Assembly: GCA_965222605.1 (NCBI GenBank)
Contig: OZ244960.1
Coordinates: 2,176,001-2,240,000, forward strand
Origin: Candidatus Latescibacterota bacterium
GTDB taxonomy: Bacteria > Latescibacterota > UBA2968
Direction: 5' to 3'
DNA: 64,000 nt
Under the pieces are notes generated by a model. It saw only the letters and a program-made list of their open reading frames with translations. It was not told the DNA's origin and ran no database searches. Below are positions 27,390-36,207 of the stretch, in pieces. Each line of letters starts with the position of its first letter. Within the stretch, counting starts at the first letter, position 1. The translations under genes and the position numbers were made by a program.

Positions 27390-28099
27390 AGAGTGTACTC
27401 AGCCTGTGTAATATCCGCACCCGTAATCTCATACACGCGAAAGGAATGGGGAGAATCGCGAAAAGCACGCGCCGTCGCAAAAGATATATGGCCTTCTGCC
27501 ATAAGATCCTCCCCCTCGTGATAATGCCCGCTAAGCACGAGTTTGCGGCGCGAATCTGCGAGCAATGCAGCTTTCAACTCCGCCACATCGCCATAATTAT
27601 ATGGATATCCTCCGCTGTGCTCGGGAAATATCAAATAGTGTTGCAAGTGAATTTGCGGGCGCGGATCGCCATCTGACAACACAGATTGAAACCGCGCTCG
27701 TTCCGCTCCAACGCGCTGCGGCACATTGTGATCTCCCTCCTCATCGAAAAAAATGATCACGCGAAAACCCTGCACATCAAAATCAAAAGGCTGATCGGAA
27801 AAAACGCGGCGAAAAGACGTGGGATGATCGTGATTGCCATGCACATACGCAACAGGACAGGAAAGACTGTCAAAACATTCGCGCACGAGATGGAGGTCTT
27901 TTTCCCCCAGCGCAACCGTATCGGGATCGTCCAATGCATCGAGAGGATAATCGACCAGATCACCCGTAACAGCGACCAAATCGGGAGAATGCGCGGCAAT
28001 ATGACGCGCACCTTCGGCTATGAGATCAGGCCCGCACCTGATATTCTCACCAGCGAGATGGTGGCGAAGATGGAAATCGGAAATATGTGCGATTTTCAT
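27386..28099 (-). CDS. Calcineurin-like metallophosphoesterase
   Basis: HISDFH, TGDLVD, GNHD, SGHYH. Confidence 0.9.
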   Translation of the reverse strand: MKIAHISDFHLRHHLAGENIRCGPDLIAEGARHIAAHSPDLVAVTGDLVDYPLDALDDPDTVALGEKDLHLVRECFDSLSCPVAYVHGNHDHPTSFRRVFSDQPFDFDVQGFRVIIFFDEEGDHNVPQRVGAERARFQSVLSDGDPRPQIHLQHYLIFPEHSGGYPYNYGDVAELKAALLADSRRKLVLSGHYHEGEDLMAEGHISFATARAFRDSPHSFRVYEITGADITQAEYTL

Positions 28100-28258
28100 G
28101 TGTAATCCTCAGTTATTAGTTGTCAAGTCCAAGATAAACAGAACAAGGGATGTGGTAAAGGTCTGTTTCTCGCCCTTTTTCCCACTGGATTTACACATCC
28201 CGTTTGCCTATATTGCCACCGTCTGTCAACACTTCAATTTTTTTCAGGAGGTCATATA

Positions 28259-28696
28259 ATGCTCGCTGTTGGTGATACCGCGCCTGATTTTCTGGTCAAA
28301 GACCACACAGGCAATGAAGTAAAACTCAGTGATTATCGCGGCAAAACCGTCGTACTCTGGTTTTATCCCAGAGCAGGCACGGGTGGCTGAACGGCTGAAG
28401 CAGTGGGATTCCAGGAGCGAATCCAAGACTATGCAGCTAAAAATGTGCAAATTCTGGGCGTGAGCACAGACAGCGTTGCCGCCAACGCCAAATTTGCCAA
28501 AACACAGGAATTTGAATACCCCCTGTTGTGCGATACAGAACGCGAAATCTGTCTATCTTATGGAGCTTGTCAATCGGCATCGGACCGCGCTGCCAAACGC
28601 ATGACATACCTCATCGCACCCGATGGCGTAATCTCGCAAATCCATACCAACGTGGATGCGCGAAAGCATCCCGAAGCATTATTGCCCACAATTTAG
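28259..28696 (+). CDS. bcp: Selenocysteine-containing peroxiredoxin (BCP/PrxQ type), 145 aa, Sec44
   Basis: RBS AGGAGG. MLAVGDTAPDF..VVLWFYPRAGTGG-TGA(28388)-TAEA..ILGVSTD..YPLLCD..RMTYLI. The TGA sits at the peroxidatic PxxxTxxC position. Confidence 0.85.
28393..28438 (+). promoter_or_regulatory. Candidate bacterial SECIS hairpin
   Basis: Upper stem GGATTC(28406-28411)/GAATCC(28419-28424) with G-containing loop CAGGAGC about 22 nt after UGA; imperfect lower stem. Confidence 0.6.
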
Positions 28697-28764
28697 GGAT
28701 GCATCGACTCGCGGCAGACGGATTGTATTCGTCTGCCGTTTTACTTCACGTACACAGAGCGTGC

Positions 28765-30723
28765 ATGAATACCTTGCCCAAAGAAAACGAAATAGCTTTG
28801 TTCCGCTACAGAAATCGGCTCATGGCGGGTGTGTGTGTCAACATCTCACATACCAGAGCCAGATTTGCGGTATCGGCGCGTACGTCTCACAATGTACCCC
28901 TCGAAAATATTCTTCAAACAACCGGGCATATCGGAAACGACAAATCCGCCGGCACGACGTGGCTCAATCGTGCAGAAACCACAAGCGCCGACATTGACCT
29001 TTGCGACCTGTGGGAACTCGTCGTAGAAGAAGATGAAATCTGGCACCTGAACGAATTGACCGAATTGTATTACAATAACACGCCGACATCGGAACAAATG
29101 TCGGCATTTTTAGTCGCATTGGAAACAAGTGCTCACTTTGATGCCGAAGGACGGGGATTTAGTGCAGTTGATCGAACAGAGGTCAATCACAGGCTGGAAA
29201 TGGTCGCCCGTGACAAAGAGCGAGAAGCGGAACGAGAGGCATTTTTGAAATGGCTCCAATTTCAGGGCACCAGCAAAGACGACTGGATCGACCGGCTAAA
29301 AGACATCGCAATATACGGCGATCAGAGCAAATATGCACACTGGCTGAAACGTCTAACCGGCGAGACCATCTCTGCGCGCAAAGCCTTTGATCGCTTAGTT
29401 GCCGAAGGCGTATGGGACCGGCATGCCTTTGTCGAATTGATACGCGAAGATATACCTCTGAATTTTCCCGACCTGTTGATCAAAGAAGCGGACGAGATCC
29501 AGGCAATGTACAACAGATCGCTATTTGCAAATCGTCAGGACCTGACGTATATGGATACCGTGACCATTGACGACGCATCGACAACAGATATGGACGATGC
29601 AATATCGGTTCAATTTCGGGAAGACGGCAGCTATCAAGTCGGCGTGCATATCACCGATGTCTCCACACTGATCCCCGCGCATTCAGCTCTCGATGAAGAA
29701 GCCAGAAACCGCGGCGCAAGTCTATACTTGCCAGAGGCAAAATACCCCATGTTGCCGCCCGTCCTATCGGAAAATCTGGGCAGTCTTATCCCGCATGAAA
29801 ATCGGTTGGCCGTCAGCCTCCTGTGGGATGTGGGACCAGATGGCATAATGGAAATCCCGACCTGGACACTCTCCGTCATCCGGTGTTGCGAAAAACTGAG
29901 TTATGACGAGGCAGACGCAATACTCGACGACATAACGCACCCCCAGCACGCGATGTTATCGGCCCTATTTGACGCGGCAGAAACGCTTTTGATACACCGC
30001 GTAGAAGCTGGTGCTGTGGCAGTTGACCAAATTGATCGCCGCGTGAATATCTCGGCAGACGGAACCGTAAATATCGAAATAAAAAAACGCGACTCCAGCG
30101 CCGATTTGCTGGTCAGCGAACTGATGGTCAAAGCCAATGTCGAAGCCGCAAAATTGTGTGTTGAACAAAACGCACCCGCGATCTTTCGCGTGCAAAACGC
30201 GCCCGACCTCTCCGACTTAGAACCCACGGACATCGAGCAATTGCACCGGTATCGGGTATTGACGCGCATGCGCGCAGCGACGATCTCATTAGAACCCGGC
30301 CTGCACGGTGGCCTGGGGGTAGAACCCTATTGCCAGACCACATCTCCCTTGAGGCGATTTCTGGACCTGATATCACAGCGACAACTCGTCGCCATCATCG
30401 ACAATAAAGCCTTGCCCTATTCTCTGGACGACCTGACAGAACTCTGTCCCTACGTCGAAGAACGCCTCCGCCTGATCAATCGCCTGGAACAGCGACGAGA
30501 GCGCTACTGGATATTCCACCATCTCTCGCAACACAGAGGACAGGTATTTGACGCACTCGTACTAAATATCTGGGACCAGCGCGCCCGGATCGAAATCCTG
30601 GACTACGCTTTACAAGTTGACATGCGCATATCGGGACAAATCAGCGCGGGTGAACTCATAAGCGTGCGCCTGACGCGGATAGATCCCTGGGCGGATGATA
30701 TTCAATTTGTAATGGAAAAGTGA
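28765..30723 (+). CDS. RNB-domain ribonuclease (RNase II/R family)
   Basis: TIDDASTTDMDDAIS, VHITDVS, TSPLRRFLDL; start ATG 28765 avoids overlap with bcp. Confidence 0.9.
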   Translation: MNTLPKENEIALFRYRNRLMAGVCVNISHTRARFAVSARTSHNVPLENILQTTGHIGNDKSAGTTWLNRAETTSADIDLCDLWELVVEEDEIWHLNELTELYYNNTPTSEQMSAFLVALETSAHFDAEGRGFSAVDRTEVNHRLEMVARDKEREAEREAFLKWLQFQGTSKDDWIDRLKDIAIYGDQSKYAHWLKRLTGETISARKAFDRLVAEGVWDRHAFVELIREDIPLNFPDLLIKEADEIQAMYNRSLFANRQDLTYMDTVTIDDASTTDMDDAISVQFREDGSYQVGVHITDVSTLIPAHSALDEEARNRGASLYLPEAKYPMLPPVLSENLGSLIPHENRLAVSLLWDVGPDGIMEIPTWTLSVIRCCEKLSYDEADAILDDITHPQHAMLSALFDAAETLLIHRVEAGAVAVDQIDRRVNISADGTVNIEIKKRDSSADLLVSELMVKANVEAAKLCVEQNAPAIFRVQNAPDLSDLEPTDIEQLHRYRVLTRMRAATISLEPGLHGGLGVEPYCQTTSPLRRFLDLISQRQLVAIIDNKALPYSLDDLTELCPYVEERLRLINRLEQRRERYWIFHHLSQHRGQVFDALVLNIWDQRARIEILDYALQVDMRISGQISAGELISVRLTRIDPWADDIQFVMEK

Positions 30724-30763
30724 GACGAGAAAAGCAACCACAGAAAAAACGCGAGTAATTTGA

Positions 30764-33088
30764 GTGTTTTACACAGATAAACACAGATTAAAGACATCAG
30801 TCCTGGAGCGGAAAAAGGTAGCCCTCTCACCTCTTACGTCTTACCTCTCACCGCCCTGGTGTCTGTTTTGTTTTTTATTTTTCTCTCTTACCGCACACCT
30901 TTGGGCAGACGTGCCCAACGGAGGGTTCGAACAAATAACAGCATCTCAGATGCCTATAAACTGGGTACCCGTACCCGATTCTACGCGGGTCATGGTCGAA
31001 CGCGAACGCGCCCAAAGCGGCAAAATCTCAGTCCTTATGCTGGGTGGCCCGCGGGGTGAACCCACCGCACTGATCAGCGATCCCGTCGATATTCAGCCGG
31101 GGGCTGTTTATGTCTTAACCGGATGGGCGCGAGTTGACAGCGCAAAGGCTTTTGCACGCATCCGATGGCTGTCAGAAGATCAGACCGCGGTGGGCGAAAG
31201 CAGCACAACAACAGAAGTAACAAACGCGTCGTGGATACAATGGACAGGAACTTTTTTAGCACCCACAAAAGCCGTGTTTGGGCGTGTGATTTGTCTCATA
31301 CACGGAAAAGAAGCGGCTTTTGACAATGTGCGTCTGCACAAAATCGCACCGCGAATGCCCCTCGGCCTTCAAGTAAAAGCAGCAGATTTTCCCATACGTG
31401 GCGTGCGCGTCTCAAGAGTGCGCGTGACCATACAAGACAGTATTATTGCGCTGCCTCACCACATGCAGGCAACGGGACAGAACAGTGTGGTTTCTCATGA
31501 TGGAGCCGTGGTTATTTTTCAAGCGAGTCGCGGGCAAATAACCCCCTGGGCACCAATAAAAAATGGCACAGCGACAGCCACATTGCGCGACGCCGATGAA
31601 AATGTGGGCGGCATCTATGTGCGGGCGCGGTTGGCTCATCTCAGCGCCCGGGCCTATGTTGGCGACAAAAAAGCGGCCCGATTGCGCGGTCGTCTTTTTA
31701 ACACCGCGACCGGACAACCCCTATGGGGCCGGGTAATCGTCGCCGATTCTCTGGGTACTATTTTACAGACGGGATTTATAGAAAGCGGTTTTGTTGCCGA
31801 CAGTGCATTTGCAATTGATGTGCCACCCCAAACAGTCACCGTATCCGCAATACGCGGTCTTACGCACTTGCCGCCAGAACCACAGGTCTTGCACCTCGAA
31901 GCTGGTCGAGAACACATGGTAGAATTGCCCTTCGAGCCATGGGCAGACCTCCATGCGCGAGGATGGGTGGCGGGCGAATTTCTCAATAGCACTGCCAATA
32001 ATGCGCGGGCACGCGGACTGGACTGGGCAGCCTTACCAGTGAATGCGAATGGAAATTCGATACTGACACTACCCGGCAAATATGTTGAAATTCGCGGGGG
32101 AAAACAATGGGTGATGGGCACCACGGGGCTATTTACCCCTGAAAAAAATGGATTCGAAGTGCATGCCCAGGCGCATTTAGATCGCGGTATTATTGGCTAT
32201 ACAGATATTTTCGGCACATCGAATTTATTCGACATTCTCGCTGGCCCGGCTTTTGACGCACTCGATGTCACGCATCCCGATGCACAAGTACTATGGTTTG
32301 CACTGCTCAATCGGGGATATCGCATTGCGGGTACAGCTTTTTCCGACGAACATTTTCGCACATACACACAAGTACCCGGGGACCTCACCGCCGATAGACT
32401 GATGCGCGCAATTGCCAACGGACAAAATATGATAACCAATGGGCCTCTAATCTCATTATCCGTCTTTGCAGCCGGACCTGGCAACCAATTGCCCGCAGGC
32501 CGTAAAAGACGGGCAACAATTCACGCCTGGGCAGCCGCAAAATCCGATGCGTATTTGACGCGCATTGAACTGGTTCGCAATGCACGGGTAATCCAGAGTT
32601 GGAATTTGAAAGAACAGCCGCGAAAATATCGGATATCAACAGCACTCGAAGATTCGGTCAATTGCTGGTACCTCGCCCGGTGCTACGGTGCAGATACGTC
32701 GCGCGTGGCATTGACGAATCCAATCTATTTCCAAACAAAAAATTTCGCGCCTCCCCAACCTGTTCAGGCTATTGTGCGAGGCAAAATTGAAATGACCGAC
32801 AGTTCTTCTGTCCCCAAAGCCGTTGTTCGAGCGGTTGACCCCACTGGCAGAACAGTCATGGAAACAGCAGCTCCACGCGGAACATTTCAAATTTGGGTGC
32901 CTGCGACCAGCCAGATTCACATAGAAGCAAAAGGCTACGAAACACTACCCCAACGCATTTTTGACCATCGCGATATTCAGCGTCTATTGCAAACACCTGT
33001 CAACCTGTCCGAACTAAGCGCCTTAGATGAGCTAACCGAACAATTGCAAGCCATTGACATGGTTTTTGTCCTCAAACATTCACAATAA
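30764..33088 (+). CDS. Secreted multidomain protein with N-terminal CBM-like domain and CehA/McbA-like C-terminal region
   Basis: VPNGGFEQ..FDNVRL; W..LLNRGYRI.GTA.SD, TNGP, A.TNPIYF; start position uncertain. Confidence 0.5.
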   Translation: MFYTDKHRLKTSVLERKKVALSPLTSYLSPPWCLFCFLFFSLTAHLWADVPNGGFEQITASQMPINWVPVPDSTRVMVERERAQSGKISVLMLGGPRGEPTALISDPVDIQPGAVYVLTGWARVDSAKAFARIRWLSEDQTAVGESSTTTEVTNASWIQWTGTFLAPTKAVFGRVICLIHGKEAAFDNVRLHKIAPRMPLGLQVKAADFPIRGVRVSRVRVTIQDSIIALPHHMQATGQNSVVSHDGAVVIFQASRGQITPWAPIKNGTATATLRDADENVGGIYVRARLAHLSARAYVGDKKAARLRGRLFNTATGQPLWGRVIVADSLGTILQTGFIESGFVADSAFAIDVPPQTVTVSAIRGLTHLPPEPQVLHLEAGREHMVELPFEPWADLHARGWVAGEFLNSTANNARARGLDWAALPVNANGNSILTLPGKYVEIRGGKQWVMGTTGLFTPEKNGFEVHAQAHLDRGIIGYTDIFGTSNLFDILAGPAFDALDVTHPDAQVLWFALLNRGYRIAGTAFSDEHFRTYTQVPGDLTADRLMRAIANGQNMITNGPLISLSVFAAGPGNQLPAGRKRRATIHAWAAAKSDAYLTRIELVRNARVIQSWNLKEQPRKYRISTALEDSVNCWYLARCYGADTSRVALTNPIYFQTKNFAPPQPVQAIVRGKIEMTDSSSVPKAVVRAVDPTGRTVMETAAPRGTFQIWVPATSQIHIEAKGYETLPQRIFDHRDIQRLLQTPVNLSELSALDELTEQLQAIDMVFVLKHSQ

Positions 33089-33154
33089 TTTGACCACCGT
33101 ATTATATTTACACTGTAGAAATATGTACTTTCATTTTCATCCCAGGAGATTAAA

Positions 33155-33847
33155 ATGAATAAAATTCTGGTGGTTGAAGACGAACCCGATATTTTGGAAA
33201 TGGTGCGCTACAACCTCGATCAGGCTGGATTAGATGTTGAAACAGCAGAAGATGCCGAGCGTGCCCTCCAGAGCGTTCAGGAAATTCTGCCAGATTTGAT
33301 CATACTGGACCTGATGCTGCCGGGCATTGATGGGCTGGATATGTGCAGGCAATTAAAACAAGATGCTCGAACCCGTCACATACCCATCTTGATGTTAACC
33401 GCGCGCAAAGAGGAAGTAGATCGCATTGTGGGATTAGAGTTGGGAGCCGATGACTACGTCGTCAAACCCTTTTCCCCACGCGAACTCGTCTTGAGAGCGC
33501 AGGCGATTCTGCGGCGCAGTCAGGGTAGCTTACAATCGACCACAGATGCCTGGTTACATATGGGACCGATCTCTATCGATAAAGCTGCACACCAGGCCCT
33601 GTTAAACGGTGACCCATTAGAATTGACGGGCACAGAGTTTAAGTTGCTCATAACCCTGATCGAACGCCGCGGGCGCGTGCAAACGCGTGACGATTTACTC
33701 GATACAGTATGGGGTTATGAATACAGCGGCTATGGGCGCACGGTCGATACACACATCAGGCGGTTACGCGAAAAAATCGGCGGGGCAAGCGAATGGATCG
33801 AAACCGTGCGGGGCGTGGGCTATCGCTTCCGTCGAGAGAGAGTCTAA
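33155..33847 (+). CDS. phoB: OmpR/PhoB-family response regulator
   Basis: ILVVEDE, LDLMLP, KPFSPREL, RTVDTHIRRLR, TVRGVGY. Confidence 0.85.
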   Translation: MNKILVVEDEPDILEMVRYNLDQAGLDVETAEDAERALQSVQEILPDLIILDLMLPGIDGLDMCRQLKQDARTRHIPILMLTARKEEVDRIVGLELGADDYVVKPFSPRELVLRAQAILRRSQGSLQSTTDAWLHMGPISIDKAAHQALLNGDPLELTGTEFKLLITLIERRGRVQTRDDLLDTVWGYEYSGYGRTVDTHIRRLREKIGGASEWIETVRGVGYRFRRERV

Positions 33848-33848
33848 T

Positions 33849-35678
33849 ATGCGTTTGCACTGGAAATGGGTGCTTGCTTGCCTTTCTGTACTGGTACTGG
33901 TACTGGCATCTACACATCTGTATCTGGATCGCGCCATACGCAACTTTTGGGTTTCTCATCTCGAGCAGAGACTTTTGCGAGAAGTGCGTTTTGCCCGCTT
34001 GCATCTCAGCGATGTACCAAATACCGATGAAGGACTCATTCCACTTGTCAACGAGGTGGGCTTGCGTTTGGGCGTGCGTGCAACGCTGATCAACGGCAAA
34101 GGGCGCGTATTGGCCGATTCGGAAACCGACCCATCCGATCTGAGTACTCTGGAAAATCACGCCGATCATCCAGAAGTCAGCGCGGTACGTCAACAGGGCC
34201 GGGGAAGCAGCTTGCGTTATAGCAATACACTGAATACCGAAATATTATATGTAGCAACTGCAGTACCGGAAATCGGCGATGGACATTATGTCCTGAGATT
34301 GGCCCTGCCTTTGCGCGATATGGGGCATATAAAACAACTGATTTCACGGGCGATATGGATGGTATCGATACTGGGATTATGCCTCGCCTTGTTATTGGCT
34401 TATGCCACCTCGCGATATATCTCGCGCCCGATTTTAGATGCAATATGGTTCGTCCGAAACATTGCTTCGGGGAGATTAAAACACCGCACACTCCGCGTTG
34501 GATCCACGCGAGAATTGCGCGATTTGGGCACCGCATTAGACGACATGCGCCGGCAGGTCCAGAAGCACATCGGACAAATCACACTTGAAAAATCGCGTTT
34601 AGAAGCCGTCTTGACGAGCATTACAGAAGCAATTCTGGTCACGGACCAGAGTGGTCGCATCCTGATGGGCAATCGGACATTTGAAAAGTTATTTGGTGTG
34701 TCTGACGCCATTGAAGGGCGCATGCCCATTGAGCTTGTGCGCCATCGGGATGTGCAAGATGCGATTGATCAAACCCTGAAAACCAAACAAGCGGTATTTT
34801 TAGATCTCACCCGCTCAGACGACCGAGAACGCCATTTCGATGTGCAGATTGCACCTATTTTGCAGGGCGATCATATCGCGGGTTCTGTAACTATCTTTTA
34901 CGACATCACGGAACTGCGCCGCCTGGAGCGCATTCGCAAAGATTTTGTCGCCAATGTTTCGCATGAATTGCGCACCCCGCTTACAACCATTAAGGGATGT
35001 GCATCCACGCTGGCAGACGGCGCCTTAGACGACAAGGAAGCCTCACAGCGATTCGTGCAAATGATCAACACCCATGCGGATCGCCTGCACAATCTGGTAG
35101 AAAATATTCTGGATTTGTCGCGTATCGAATCGGGGGCTATGCCCCTTGAGACCAGCGTATATTCCATACAGGAACTGGTCAATTCCGTCGTTGGGCAGAT
35201 ACGCCCACTGGCGAGGGAGAAAACCCTTGCCATTGAGGTAAACATAAAGGAAAATGTGCAGGTGCAGTGCGATCGCAAGCTCATCGAACAGGCATTGCTA
35301 AATTTGCTCGACAACGCCGTAAAATACACGCCTGAAGGGGGTAAAATCTGGATTCAGACGCGGGATTTCAAGCAGGTGGAAAATGTAGATGAAAACCGTC
35401 GCAATGGCCATGAGAAAGGTGAAAATGCTACGCAGACCCGCACGCGTCGCATTGCATTAGAAGTAAGAGACACGGGTATTGGGGTTCCGCTTTCAGATAT
35501 GGATCGCATTTTTGAGCGATTTTATCGGGTCGATAAAGGGCGATCGCGGGCAATGGGCGGGACGGGCTTGGGCTTGTCAATTGTTCGGCACATCATGGAT
35601 GCACACGGCGAGCGGATCTATGTCGAAAGTGAACAGGGCAAGGGATCGACATTTGGATTGACATTGCCGAGAAAATAA
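33849..35678 (+). CDS. phoR: PhoR-like sensor histidine kinase (TM, HAMP, PAS, HisKA, HATPase)
   Basis: DFVANVSHELRTPLT, NLLDNAVKY, FYRVDKGRSR..GTGLGL. Confidence 0.85.
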   Translation: MRLHWKWVLACLSVLVLVLASTHLYLDRAIRNFWVSHLEQRLLREVRFARLHLSDVPNTDEGLIPLVNEVGLRLGVRATLINGKGRVLADSETDPSDLSTLENHADHPEVSAVRQQGRGSSLRYSNTLNTEILYVATAVPEIGDGHYVLRLALPLRDMGHIKQLISRAIWMVSILGLCLALLLAYATSRYISRPILDAIWFVRNIASGRLKHRTLRVGSTRELRDLGTALDDMRRQVQKHIGQITLEKSRLEAVLTSITEAILVTDQSGRILMGNRTFEKLFGVSDAIEGRMPIELVRHRDVQDAIDQTLKTKQAVFLDLTRSDDRERHFDVQIAPILQGDHIAGSVTIFYDITELRRLERIRKDFVANVSHELRTPLTTIKGCASTLADGALDDKEASQRFVQMINTHADRLHNLVENILDLSRIESGAMPLETSVYSIQELVNSVVGQIRPLAREKTLAIEVNIKENVQVQCDRKLIEQALLNLLDNAVKYTPEGGKIWIQTRDFKQVENVDENRRNGHEKGENATQTRTRRIALEVRDTGIGVPLSDMDRIFERFYRVDKGRSRAMGGTGLGLSIVRHIMDAHGERIYVESEQGKGSTFGLTLPRK

Positions 35679-35710
35679 AAAAAGGGTCGCGTTAAATAAC
35701 GCGACCCCTT
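35679..35710. terminator. Intrinsic terminator between phoR and tRNA-Pro
   Basis: GGGTCGCGTTA-A-TAACGCGACCC hairpin preceded by an A-tract. Confidence 0.75.
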
Positions 35711-35718
35711 AAATCTAT

Positions 35719-35795
35719 TGGTCGGGGCGAGAGGATTTGAACCTCCGGCCTCCTGCTCCCGAAGCAGGCGCTCTACCGGGCTGAGCCACGCCCCG
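35719..35795 (-). tRNA. tRNA-Pro(CGG)
   Basis: CGGGGCGTGGCTCAGCCCGGTAGAGCG-CCTGC TTCGGGA GCAGG-..GGTTCAAATCC..CCA; 77 nt. Confidence 0.97.
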
Positions 35796-35849
35796 TTTGC
35801 TATTTGTCTAAAAAAATACCACAATTTCATTCTCAGGCAAGAAAAAGAT

Positions 35850-36194
35850 TCACGCCGTCTGAAATGCCGCGACAGCCTCATCTACGGAATCGTGCAGATC
35901 GAAAATTTTAATCAACTGCGTCTGTACAAAAATGCTGATCACATGATCGTGGGCATTGGCGAGTTTCAAATCGCCATTGGCCTTGCGCAAACGCTGTAAA
36001 AGCGCGGTCAAAACCCCAAATGCCATGCTGTTTAACCACCGCACCTGTCCCAAATCTAAAACCACTTTCATCCCCTCATTCTTGTCGAGCAATCCAGTTA
36101 CATGATCGGCCAACCCCGACATCTCGCGATCTGTCACCTGACCGTCGAGCTTTATAATGCGAATATTTTCCCTCATTGTTTCTTCAAAAGCCAT
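35850..36194 (-). CDS. STAS-domain anti-sigma factor antagonist
   Basis: VVLDLGQVRWLNSMAFGVL..GDLKLAN..IF..L..IF. Confidence 0.85.
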   Translation of the reverse strand: MAFEETMRENIRIIKLDGQVTDREMSGLADHVTGLLDKNEGMKVVLDLGQVRWLNSMAFGVLTALLQRLRKANGDLKLANAHDHVISIFVQTQLIKIFDLHDSVDEAVAAFQTA

Positions 36195-36207
36195 CTCGTT
36201 TTCCTTC

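Noticed and set aside
28403-28764. 97-aa ORF at 28403 and the N-terminal extension of RNase II from 28528
   Set aside because: The first is the post-UGA half of bcp; the second overlaps bcp and a better start exists at 28765.
30770-30851. ACACAGAT doublet and four 7-bp units (CTCTCAC/CTCTTAC/GTCTTAC)
   Set aside because: Short degenerate simple repeats with no supportable function; they only make the 30764 start uncertain.
33089-33154. Pho box upstream of the phoB-like gene
   Set aside because: No convincing 11-bp-spaced CTGTCAT-like direct repeats.
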